From Malacoraja senta (lineage: Eukaryota), in contig CM075992.1 in assembly GCA_038087875.1 (NCBI GenBank), forward strand, positions 10,046,001 through 10,110,000: a DNA stretch of 64,000 bases. The letters run 5' to 3'. Every line of letters begins with the position of its first letter. The stretch's first letter is position 1. The translations under genes were made by a program, and so were the position numbers. The notes beneath the pieces are model-generated. The model saw only the letters and a program-made list of their open reading frames with translations. It was not told where the DNA came from and did no database searches. Of the stretch, positions 39,701-51,850 are shown one piece after another.

Positions 39701-41671
39701 TCAGTCCAGAGACATTAGGTTATATGAACTAGGTACCAATGTCTGACTATGGGAGTGTGTAGGGGGTCACCTGAAATGAACGGATTTGGGAGTCTGCTGG
39801 GTACCATCCGCTGCGTGTAGACCTGGGGGAACCCCAAGGGACCAAAAAATGGGTGCTAAATAGATGTGAGGTACGACTTAAATCCACTACCACGATGTAC
39901 TCACTGCCACGCCTATATCAATAACAAAAACGGCAGGCATTTTTCCCACGTCCTCCTCAATGCAATTCAGCATTCCTACAGCATGGCGAGCAAGACCGTG
40001 CACTTCAGCCCATCGGTGGTGCATTCAATCTTTGACAAAGTGACCACAAGTATTCCATGTGGCGGTTTTCAGCAGTTTCTCCACCTTCGCCCATATCTGA
40101 CTCCATACCCTTTGTAATCAGCCCCACTGCAATGGGGAAACCTGTCCCCTATTAACTCCCTGAAACAGGTTTTGTCTTGACATCTATCAGCCTCCACCAT
40201 TGAAAAAAATATTTTGATATCATCTGCAAATTCACCAGCAAATGCTGCACAATCCATTGGAAAACTTTCTTCTTCACGGGGAGTGTTGTATTAGTGACCT
40301 GAAGATATGTCTTCTTGTCAGTGGTATAAGACAAGGATTAGTGTCGGAGCCTTCGCACGTCTTTAAATGCATAGGAAATTTGGATTTAGATATAGATAAT
40401 GGGAGCTGTGGTTTACGGATTGCACGATTATTACGGATTGCACTTTATCTGTTTTATTTATTCATGTGTGTATATATTTATATAATGGTATATGGACACA
40501 CTGATCTGTTCTGTATTCATGCCTACTATGTCCTGGTGTGCTGAATCAAAGCAAGAATTTAATTGTCCTATCTGGGACACATGACAATAAACTCTCTTGA
40601 ATCTTAAATCTTGAATGTTGTTTGCAATGGTAATGGTGAAAAGTACACTCAGGCTAGCGAACTAGAGATTTCAGATGGTAGGGTGACTGGAGCAATGGCC
40701 CGTGGGACTTGCTTTTGATAAATTGAAGTGGCTTTTTTGTTATGGCTTTCCTGGAGCAGCTCGTGATCATGCACAATAAGGAAAAGGCAATTCTGGATTT
40801 ATAGTTCAGGTGAACGAACCACCAAGGTGAAGGAACCACCAAGAGGCAGTAATCGGGGATTGATAGATGTCAACCTGCAGGTTGAAATGGAGACGTTAAA
40901 ATAGGATGTGTCGGTGTTACCGTTGAGGAAAGGTAACTATGGAACCATAAGCGATGATATGGTTAAAATTGATTGAAATAAACCCTCGCAGGGATGACGG
41001 TGGATCAGCAATTACAGGGGTTTCTGAAGAAATTTGGAAGATGCAGCATATATTCATCCCAAAGAGGAAGAAACATATTAAAGGGAGAATGAAGCGATGA
41101 AGAATGAAGGAAGTCAAAGAAAACACAAATGCAAAGGAGAAGGCATATAATATGGCAAAGATGAGTGGGTAGCTAGAAGATTGGGAAGCGTGCTGGATTG
41201 AAGGTAAGCTAGCTAAATATATGCAAAGTAGATAACAAAAGTTGCCATAAATATCTATATTACTGAAACTGTCATCTTGTTTGTTTGTTTGTTAAATTGT
41301 TTTTTACCTCAATTTGCTCAAAAACGGAAGAGGATAGGACTACCATTTTGGCCCACCTTACTCAGCATTGTACTGTGATGTAAACTAAACGAGTCACGTT
41401 CAAATTGATGGTATATTTTGTAAGATATTGACGTTTAAAAGTTAAAAAAAACATAAAACAGTGCCCCACTTGCTTCCCCCCCATCCCCTCCCACCCCCTT
41501 CCCCCATCCCCCCTCCCCTCGTTCGGCTCCAGCATGCTCACTGCCCCGATAGCTCCACTTCAAGCCCCCCCCCCGACAGCCTCTGCTTCAAGCCCACCCC
41601 CCCTCACAACAGTCCCCGCTTATCGCCCCCCCCCCCTGCTGGGAAAAACGGAACCGATGGTGGTTTATTCT

Positions 41672-42487
41672 AATTCAAGTTAAAGTTCAATTTTATTTGT
41701 CATATGCACCAATTGGTACAGAGAAATTATTTTACGATGCAGTCAAGACCGTAAAAAGCAATAAAACACATAATTAGCACAATTTAACACAAACATCTAT
41801 CAGAGTGAATCTCCAGGCAGCTCCTCACTCTGATGGAAGGCAAAAAGTCTTATCACTTTCCTGCTTCTTCTCAGTCAGTCAAACTGGTGCATTGAGCTGA
41901 TCGAGGCTCTCGATGTTGAAGCCCCCGGTCGGGCCGTGGAAGATGCCACAGCCGATTTCAAGCCACGCCGGGCGATGAAAGACCCCGCGAACGAGCCAAT
42001 TCAAACCGCACAATTTGGGGCGGACGAAGTTGCTCTTGCGGGAGCTCCCGAAAATCGGCCACCAACGAGGGACCTGCGAGCCACCAATATTACATTCCAC
42101 AGGGCCCGCGGCTGAAGCCTCCGAAGCTCCGAAGTCGGGTCGCAGCCACAGCACCACCACAACCTCTGAAGTCAGCCACCTCCATGATGGTAAGTCCACA
42201 GGTTCGACGACCGGAGCCCTCAAGGCAATTCCAGTTGGAGGCCGCCAGCTCCACGATGTTGGGCCTCAGTGCAAAGACAAGGAAAAGGTCGCGTCCCCGT
42301 TGAAGGAAGAGATTTAAAAAAAATTTCCCCACACCCCCCCACCCCACATTTACACAACTAAAAATAAACTAAAACATACATCTAACAAGAAAATAATAAG
42401 ACAAAAAAAGGTAAAAATAAGATAAAAGAAGACAAAAAGAAGCAATACAGGGGGACTGCAGGCTAGCCGCACCTGCTTGGGCAGCGC
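41672..42487 (-). mobile_element. Non-autonomous retroposon with LINE-type 3' tail, nested in the Helitron
   Basis: Begins (on +) with AAGTT repeats and TTTTATT, i.e. a minus-strand polyA signal and short-repeat tail; GC-rich body; possible 7-bp TSD TTATTCT/TTACTCT; related copy at ~53949-54460. Confidence 0.55.
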
Positions 42488-42525
42488 TTACTCTGGAATT
42501 GTGTATAGACTACATTTTCAACATA

Positions 42526-45500
42526 ATGCCAAGAAGAGGGAGATAAAGAGCTGCAGGATGGTCAAGGAACAACGCAAAGGGACGTCGAGAAGCAGCAAAG
42601 AACAGAAGGGAACAAGAAACGCAACTAGAGACAACTCAATGTCTCGCAGATCAACGAGAAAGAACGCAAAGCAGTAGGGGTGAAGAGTCGCAACAAAAAA
42701 GATGTGAGTGTCTCGAGGATCAACGAGAAAGAACACAAAAAAGGGAACAAGAGTCGCAACGAGAAAAAACTGAGCATCTGAAGGATGATCGAGAGAGTAC
42801 GCCAAAAAGGAGGGATAAATTGATGCAACAAGAAACAACTGAATGTCTTGAGGATCAACAAGAAAGAATGCAAAGAAGAAGGGATAAATAGATGGGAGTT
42901 GAAAGATCTAGAAGACTGGCTGAACAGTGGGCCACAGCTACAACAAGATGAAATGTACAACTCGCAAGGAGAAATCTTTCTGCTGATGTTGGCGAAATGA
43001 GCAATCTTTGCCCTCGGTGTCGAGCATACCGTTTCTCTGGAGAAAACACCAACTTTTGCTGCATGAAGGGTCAGGTGAACATTGCTCCTCTGCGGGCACT
43101 GCCCGATGAACTCATGAGACTGTATACATTTGACACGCCAGAAGCAAACAAGTTCAGAAAGAATAATAGACAATACAACTGTCTCTTTCAACAGACGTCA
43201 TTTGTTGCCAAGGAAGTGGTGCCACCTGGATGGAATCCTTCAGTGATAATTCAAGGACAGATTCATCATTACCTTGGCCTGTTGGTGCCTGAACTACACT
43301 AGCATAGTCGATTCTTGCAGATCTATTTTATGGACCCCAAGATAGCATTGAATTGCGAATGGGTATACTGCAAAATGATGGTATTCAAAGGGAAATTGTT
43401 GCAATATTTGAAACCTTGCTAAGACATAACAATTACATTGACATACTTAAAATGGCGAAGGAAAGAATTCGAGGTTTACGAGAGGCATTAATCGTCATTC
43501 TTCCAAATCGTCGACCAGCTTTGCAACACAAAAGACGGTTTATTGCACAAATTTCCAATGAAGTTGCAGTTGTAATACCAAACGATAATGACCCTCAGGC
43601 AATATCATGGCACATTGTCTTGAAAGAAAGAGGAGGATGCCTGAAAACCATTTCAGAGTGTAATAGGTCGTATGATAGTTTTCAATGCATCCTTTTATTT
43701 CCACATGGAGATGATGGATGGCATCACCAACTCCAAATGAGTAAGCACAAGATATTGACAGCAATGCGATATTATGCCCACAGGATCATGAATCATGATA
43801 ATGAATTAAACGACCTTTTGAGAGTAGGACGACACTTTCAACAACATGTCGTTGATATGGCAGCTGAGAATTAGCCTGATGAGCTCAATTATATTCGCAT
43901 GAATCATGCATCGTCGAGATCAACAAATTACAGAGGCCTCATGGATGTAATAAACGATAATGATGATTTGGAAAACATCGGAAAGCTCATCATGCTCTCC
44001 TCAACATTTGTTGATGGACTGAGATACATGATGGAACGATGGCAGGACGCCATGATGTATGTTCGGAAGTATGGCAATGCTTCATTCTTCATTACGATGA
44101 CTTGCAATCTGAAGTGGAGCAAAATGCGACAGTGCCTCTTTCACAATCAGCAGCCATGTGATAGACCAGACATTATTGCAAGAATATTCGATCTGAAAAG
44201 GAAGGTATTCATTAAGTACCTTACTGGACCACATGGCCTCTTTGGCAACTGTATAGCTTTCGTCTCCACTGTGGAATATCAGAAGAGCGGTCTGCCTCAT
44301 TTGCACGGTCTGCTGTGGCTTGACAAAGCGAGTAAGCCAAGACCAAGACATTTTGACAGATTTATGCAAGCTGAAATACCAGACCCGTAAGTAGATCCAG
44401 AGCTGAATGAATTGGTACTCAAGCACATGATTCGTGGACCATTCTGCAACCACACCTCTCCATGTTGGAAGGATGGAAGATGCAGTAAAATATTCTCAAA
44501 GCCATTTTTCGAGAGCACAAGGTGTCGACATGATTCATATGCGCTGTACAGGAGAAGATCTCCAGACAGGAGAGGATTTCAGGGACATCAAGACAGACAT
44601 CGGTATCAACGTACTAATTCTGATTGGGTGGTGCCCTATAATGTTCAACTATTAAAGATATTCACATCTCACATCAACGTTGAGATATGCTCCTCTGTTA
44701 AGTCAGTCAAATACGTGATTAAGTACACCTTGAAAGGGAGTGATCTAGCAACTTTTCGAGTTAACAGCGATGACGAAATTATACAGTACTTGACTGACAG
44801 ATACATTGGTCCATCAGAAGCAGTATCATCAATCCTTGGATTTCTGATCACGAGAGGCACCCCGCTGTCTTTTAACTCCAGGTACTAAGCGAACAACGAG
44901 TCATTATCAGAATCGATGCTCCTCAACGAGTGAGGAATGGTTATATGGCGAGAACGACTTTAATTGAATTCATGGGATTGTGTTCTCGAGAGCCATTTAT
45001 AAGAACACTCCACTACACTGATGTTCCCCGATTTTACACGTGGAACAATAGGAGATCGCAAAGAAGGAACGTTGGCAAGAGAGTGGAAGGTCATCCAGGT
45101 ATTTTTCAAGCCAATGTTCTGGGACGAGTGTATACGTGTCTCTCAGGTGTGGTGACCTCTACTACATGAGTGCTTTTCCATCACGTAAAAGGGCCAGTAT
45201 CCAATTCATTGAAGACACATGATGGAGAAATTCCCTTTTCCTTCAAAGATATCTGCAGACAAAGAGCTTTGTTACACGCTGACGACCATTGGCAATAAAG
45301 AATGGAAGACACCAACAAGACAAGATTCACCAGTGCATTGAGAGATTTGTTTGTTGTTTTGCTGATGAATAATGACATCAACAATTCTCGACAATTATGG
45401 GATCGCTTCAAGAATTCAATGTCTGAAGATTACCTTGAAAGAGACGGAGAACAATGCGTGATTCCAATATGATGATTGATGAGAAGCATCATGCTTTCAT

Positions 45501-47845
45501 TTGCCACGACCAAGAAATAGAAGTATGCACCTTGATGATTACAACCCAGAATTGTTGCAGGAATTGCAATACAATACAACTGAATAACAGCAATTTGTTC
45601 AGGACAGTAAGCCACTCCTGAATGCTTAGCATAGAGCAGTGTATGACCAGGTGTGAGACTGCTTGAAAATGAAGCTTCCTTCAATGTTTTTCATTGATTC
45701 ACCAGGAGGAACAAGGAATACATTTATCACCAATTTGATCCTCTCAAAAGCTAGTGGTCATGGCGATGTTGCTATTGCTGTAGCATCCTCTGGGATAGCA
45801 GCTACATTATTGTCTGGTGGAAGAACTGCACATTCTCGATTCAAGTTACTGTAGCGGCCTGGACGAGGTCAGGAATAGGCCACATGTCAGGCAGGTTCAG
45901 AAGTAGTTTAATGCAGCGGCGAGAACACACACACACACCAGCGAGCAGGACCTGGGAAACCCCATGGCAGACCAACGTCCCTGTCGTTCAAGAGCCGAGG
46001 GGGATGATCCACGGGGTGGCCTAACCCCCAGGGACCGCCACAGGACCACCTCCCTCCAAGAACCCGAGGCACGAAACGGACAGGAGGGCACACACGGCGG
46101 CCAGCCAGCCCGGGAATGCACCATGCCCAGCACAGGAACGAGCAACTGACCAACAGGTGCAGAGGATGGAGTAACCACTGGAGGAGGTACCCTAGACGGA
46201 GGGCGCCCCCGCTTACGGGGCCACACTACCAGCACCGACCAATCAATGTCAATATGCGCCGGCTTCAGCCGCGCAACCGAAGCTGTCTCATGCCGACCCC
46301 CCATGTCCAGGACGAATGTAGATGAGCCATGCTCTCTGACTCAGAAGGGACCCTTGTACGGCCGCTGGAGAGGTGTCCGATGAGTAGGCCTACGAAGGAA
46401 GACGAACTGGCAGTCCTCCAGAGCAGAGGGAAGGTGCGGACGGAAGGACCGATGACGAGACGTGGGCACCGGCGCCAGCTTGCCCACAGTCTGCCGAAGA
46501 CATTGCAGAGCGTCCGAAGGCTGCTCCACCTGGCCCTGTGTCGGCGGAATGAACTCTCTGCGCACCGTCAATGGGGACCCATACACCAACTCGGCGGAGG
46601 AGGAGGCCAAGTGGTCCTTAAGGCCCCTAATATTTGTTAGTTAACGGGGGGTTGCTGAGGTAAGGCTTAACCCGCCTCGCCGTCGCCTGGTCAAGTGCGC
46701 TGACCACGTAAAAGTATTTTGTTTCGTCAACGGGTACCCATCGCAGAGCAAATTGTGCCTCTGCCTGCTGGAACCAGATATCAGGCTCTTCCGCCCAAAG
46801 AGTAGGGAGTTTAACTGCAACGGCGCTGTTATCCATCACGATGTGTGATGAACGTCGGAGTCACCGGGTGTAGCGGCCAGGACGAGGTCAGGAAAAGGCC
46901 AGAGGTCAGGCTGGTTCAGAAGTAGTTTAATGCAGCAGCGAGAACACACACACACCAGCGAGCAGGACCCGGGAAACCCCGTGGCAGATCACGCCACTGT
47001 CCCTCAAGAGCCAAGGGGGATGACCCAAGGAGTGCCCTAACCCCCAGGGACCGCCACAATACCCATCCAAGTGACTGAGGATACATTCTGAAACATTGAC
47101 AAGAACTCTAACAGGGCATGTTTGATGAGGTAAGTGAAACTCATTGTTTGGGATGAGTGCAGGGGGAGCTTCGAAGCGGTGGACAGAACACTTCGAGATG
47201 TATGCACCAACACTGAGCCTTTTGGCGGCATTCTTACCATTTGCTGTGGCGATTTTCGACAACTCCTTCCTGTAGTGAAAAGGGGCTCCCCACGATGATA
47301 ACATGACAAGCATCAATTCTACATGTATCAGATGCATCCCTGGGATCAATAAGGAGTACTAAGGGAACTAATGCTACTCACTTCCCAACAGAATTCCTCG
47401 ATTCATTCGACATCTTTGGATTATCACCACACAAATTGGAGTTGAAAAAAGGATCTCCACACATGTAAATGAGAATTTTGGAATACCCCAAGGCTATGCA
47501 ATGGAACAAGCAAGCATGGTTGTGGAAGAACTACACAATAATCTGATCATTTCAAGAATTAACATGGGAGCCTTCAAATATGACATTGTTCTCATTCCTA
47601 GGATAACGCTCAATTTGCCAGAAGGGGAAGACATTCTCCTTCAGCGGAGCCAATTCCCGATTCAGTCAAGTTTTGCAATGGCGATCCATAAAGCGCAAGG
47701 ACAAAGCATGGAGAATGTGTTGATATACCTCGAGAAACCGGTATTTCAGCATGGACAACTATAGGTGGCTCCTAGCCAAGGAAAGGTGAAGGAAAATGTT
47801 AAAGTTTTCCTGAAGGATGGAAGATCAACCAAGAATGTTGGTTGA
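42526..47845 (+). pseudogene. Helitron Rep-Helicase (HUH Rep + PIF1-like helicase), disrupted
   Basis: Zn-finger CPRC..FCC..GQV; Rep motifs FFITMTCN, VEYQKSGLPHLHGLLW, KYVIKY; helicase motifs [68 protein letters not shown]. Multiple stops and frameshifts; split by an LTR element. Confidence 0.92.
45850..47058 (-). mobile_element. Internally deleted Ty3/Gypsy LTR element nested in the Helitron helicase
   Basis: LTRs 45850-46042 and 46869-47058 (TGTAGCGG...CCGCCACA); TSD TTAC/ATAC; tRNA-Trp-like PBS (CGGTGACTCCGACG vs TGGTGACCCCGACG) at ~46853-46866; gag N-terminus (VKLPTLW..DIWFQQAEAQF) fused to integrase C-terminus (AELVYG..LQRPYKGPF); purine tract next to 46043. Confidence 0.9.
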
Positions 47846-50800
47846 ATGATGACTTCTGAGGTAAATGCTCAGATTTTCTTTGTTAAAATGTGACCACTCA
47901 ATAATGTCGCCATATTAAAATTGTGTGTCTCTTTTCTCCATCAACAGCAAAGAGCCGTCGAAAGGCAGTGAGGAGCAGAAGGGAACAAGAGACGCAACAA
48001 GAAACAACTGAACATGTCGAGGATTAACGACAAACAACGCAAAACAGAGGGGAACAAGAGACACAAGAAAAATGTGAACTGAATAAACCTGACCTTTAAC
48101 GATTGAATTGTTGATATATTTTAAGTTATTCAAAATTTAAGCTTTAATAAATACATTTTCCATTTGCCGTGCCCGTCTGACTCACCTGCACATTTATACC
48201 TGCATGTTCTACGTCACAAAGGGAACCCAATGACCGGGAATGGCTGCGCCGCCGGAGAGCCGCTGAGAGTAGAAGGGGGGGGGAGTTTGAGGGGGGGATC
48301 AAGGATACTGGGGGGTGGGGGGGGGGGGGGTGGGGTGGGTGAGTGCGGCGGAAGGGCATGGGGCGGAGTATGGGGGACGGGTTGGGGATCAGGGGTCACA
48401 ACGGAAACCCGTCAGCCGCGCCAGCGCAGTTGGGGGCCATGGCTGAGTGGTGGAATATTGCGTTGGGGGTTGCGTTGCGTTGGGGGACCAGGCCTCCCGT
48501 GTGACAGGGACCCAACGGGTCCCACTTGGTCTAGTAAAGGATAAAAGAGAGGCAAGAGTGGGCGTCGGACCACTAAAAAATGACGGTGGAGAAGTGGCAA
48601 TGGGGAACAAACAGTAGCGGATAAACTGAATTGTTTTTTGTATTAGTATACACTGTGGAACACCCCAGCAACCTGTCAGAAATTCAAGAGAGTCGGCGTG
48701 CGTAGAAACAGCATGTATAATGAGTGCAGTCATCGTTGCTGAGGAAGTTGATAGGTCTGAAGGTGGATACCAGGATGACACCACAGGGTTCTACCAGAGG
48801 TAACCATAGCGATTCCAGAGTCACTGGAGTCTGGAATCTAAACCGTCACTAGAGTCAGGAATCGTCCCAGAGGAGTGGTTAGTCTGGGCTGGTTAGTCTG
48901 ACTTCAGTACTTCATAACATGTTAGAGTCTATTATGAACGGTATGGTTTCAGGGAAGCACAAGACAGTAGGCCGAAGGGAAGGGGACATCTGACAAACCT
49001 GACGGCATTTCATGAGAAAATAACAAGACGTGGGGACAAATAAAGGCAGTGGAAGTTATTTCCTTGGATTTTCCGGCTTTTGATAAATTGCCGCACATTG
49101 TCTGTTAAACAAAATATATTACATGTTATTAGATGAAAAGTAGTAGCATGTATGGAAGATTGTCTAACTGACAAACGGCAAAGTGTGGGAATAAAGGGGA
49201 CCGACCCCCTTTCCGCTTGGCTAGCGGTGACTAATGGTGTTCAACAGGGGCCGAGTTGGGTCCGCTACTTTTAACGTTATATGTTCATGATCTGGACGAT
49301 AAAATGTTGACACCCACTTTTATATGATTAGAATGCTTACCTTCACTACAGGATAATGCAATAGATGCCCTTGCGGAAGATACAAACGTAGTTGGAGGAG
49401 CAAGTAGTGTCGAGGAAGCAGGAGTCTGCAGACGGATTTGAACAGTTTGGCGGAATGGATAAAATAGTAGCAGATCGAATGCAGAGTAGCATACTGTGCG
49501 GAAATTCACTTTACTAGCACGAATAAAGGCCTAGACTTTGCAAAATGGGAAGAGGATTCATAAATCGGAGGTGTAAAGTGACTTGTGGGAATGAAAAAGT
49601 TAAATTTCCGGGTTGAGTCGTTAGTAAGGAAGGCAAATGCAATATTCTTTTCGACCGGACTAGAACACGAAAGCAATAATGTCAATTATTAAAGAGTCAG
49701 GCCACTTTTGAAATATTATGAACAGTTTTGAGCAGCATGTCTAAGGAAGAATGTGATGGAGTCAGAGAGGGTCCAGAGCAGGTTTACGAGAATGATCCTA
49801 GGGATGATAGGGTGAACATATGAGGAGAGTTTGATGGCTCTGGGCTTATACTCGCTGGAGCTTAGAAGGATGAGGGGGATCTCATTAAAACCTACCGAAT
49901 AATGGAACGCCTTGATAGTGTGGATGTGATGAGTATGTTCCTACTAGTGGTAGATTCTAGGACCAGAGGACACAGAATCAATATACGTAAAATGACTTTA
50001 GAATGGAGATGATGAGGAAGTTCTTTCGCCAGAGGGTGGTGAATCTGTGGATATCATTGCAACAAACGGCTGTGAAGGCTAAGTCATTTGGTATTTTTAA
50101 AGCCTGGATCGATACTTTCTAGATGAGTAAATATGTCAAAGGTTACGGGGAGAAGGCAAGAGAATGGGGTTGACACGGAAAAGTAGATCAGCAATGATCG
50201 AAGCAGACCCGACGGGCCGAAGGGCCTAATTATGCTCCTATATCCTATTGGCTTATCTGGAGGAAAACTAATATTCATCATTTATTTCTGGGGCCTCTGC
50301 ATTTAGAGCACAGGGCTAAAGGGTATTTAGTCCCGGTCGCTCATCGTCCATTGAGAGCATCAACGTCGCCCATTTCCTTCGCTCCATAGGTGCTGCCTCA
50401 CCCGCTGAGTTTCTCCAGCATTTTTTGTACCTTCGATTTTCCAGCATCCGCAGTTCCTTCTTAAACATCAACGCACCTCATGTCATTTTCTTGCTAATAC
50501 TGATTTCACTTAGTCCTCCCTCTCACTACATCCTGTGTCCCGGAGCATTACCGGTATGTTTGCATCTCCTCATCCGTGAATGAAGAAACAACGAATTAAT
50601 GCCATCTTTCTGCAACGTATCAACACCAAGTGTGCGCCATCGGAAGCGTTATCCGCCTTCATGTGTGAATTTCCTCCGCAGTTTCTGTTTGAGTGATATT
50701 GTAACTGAAGGGAAAAATCTAAATCGCTACTTGCAATATTTCGCTGTTCAAGGGCAAATACCTAATGTAGATTAATGGGAAATTTGTGTAGCAGAGGATG

Positions 50801-51239
50801 TTCCATAAAGTGTACCTAATGTTTCCCGTTTCCGTTAATATAAATCGTGCTCTCCCTTTCGTCCGAAGTTGCCAAGTTTTTGTGTCCCAGAATGGGTAAA
50901 TGTTGCGGAGAACGCGTTAAATCTTAACTCTGCATGTGGTTAATGTCAAGTTATACCAATAACATAGACCATTAAAGAGGGCCGAAGGAGAACAGAAGAG
51001 TTTTTTATCATGTGTGTATCAGTGAGCAGCGGAATCACACCCCACGCGCTATGTGACTGTGTGCACGCCTACTACAAACCCACTCACACGCACCGTTACC
51101 TTAATTGCACCCCGTCTCTTGCAAGGACGCCATCCATTGCTCGTGTGTAGAGGGATCACTCCCACGTGTCTACTCTGGGTCCCGCAGTTCAAATCTCGTC
51201 CAACGCCTCCCCAACACACAATGAGTTTGCCCACTCCTT

Positions 51240-51850
51240 AACTTTCACTGCAACACTCAAACAGATAATTCTCTGACATGTCCACCAACTCCTACGTGAT
51301 CCCACCACCATTCACATCTTCCCATAACCATCACGTTCTCATTTTGCTGACACCAGTCCGTCCGTTGGTCCTTGGACCATTCATCCTTTCAAACCCAAAC
51401 TATTCCCTCCCCAGCTTAAAATTAAAAACTATTCCTTCCCCAGGTGTGTTACCCTTTAATTGCAGGAGATGTAACCTCGTATACCTCCTCCGTTGCCTTA
51501 ATCGAGCGACCACAGCAGGCCCACCCTGCGAGACAGAGGTGATCATGCACCTCCTCTAACCTTGCCTGCTTCATTTGGTCCTCCCGATGTGTCTTCCTTT
51601 ATATCCAGCAGACCAAACGTAGACGAGGGAATGGTTTTGCTGAAAGCTAATGCCTTGCCCTCCAAGGTCTCATGGATCTCTTGGCTGCTAATCCATTTAA
51701 CGCCCCTTCCGATTCCAAAATATAAACCTTTCTGTCCGTGACCTCTTCCATTGCTAGATTGAGGTTACCTGCAAACTGGATGAACGACACCTCATGTTCC
51801 GTTTGGATCGTTGATAGTACGGACATTGAACTTTCCAGCGAGAAGTAATG
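51240..51850 (+). mobile_element. Penelope-like element fragment, old
   Basis: PCNCRRCN.., MHLL/CFIWS..YIQQTKRR.., CKLDERHLMFRLDR remnants matching the other PLE copies. Confidence 0.6.

Larger units (their letters stand above)
41254..48534 (+). mobile_element. Full-length degenerate autonomous Helitron
   Basis: 5' TC terminus (A|TCTATATTACT); 3' hairpin GGGACCC-AAC-GGGTCCC (48507-48523) then CTAG|T (48531-48534); no TSD. Removing it rejoins the host CR1 (..cataaata|taaaggataaaagagaggc..). Confidence 0.92.
40640..50255 (+). mobile_element. CR1 LINE split by the Helitron (parts ~40640-41253 and 48535-50255)
   Basis: CR1 ORF2-like sequence on both sides, contiguous once the Helitron is removed; RT remnants and 3' tail at 49000-50255. 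Confidence 0.75.

Noticed and set aside
50366..50465. pLTR insert (TSD CATCAACG) starting close to the predicted hammerhead cleavage site, as possible proof of self-cleavage
   Set aside because: It keeps TC upstream of the predicted cut and shares AACG microhomology with the target, so ordinary truncation explains it equally well.
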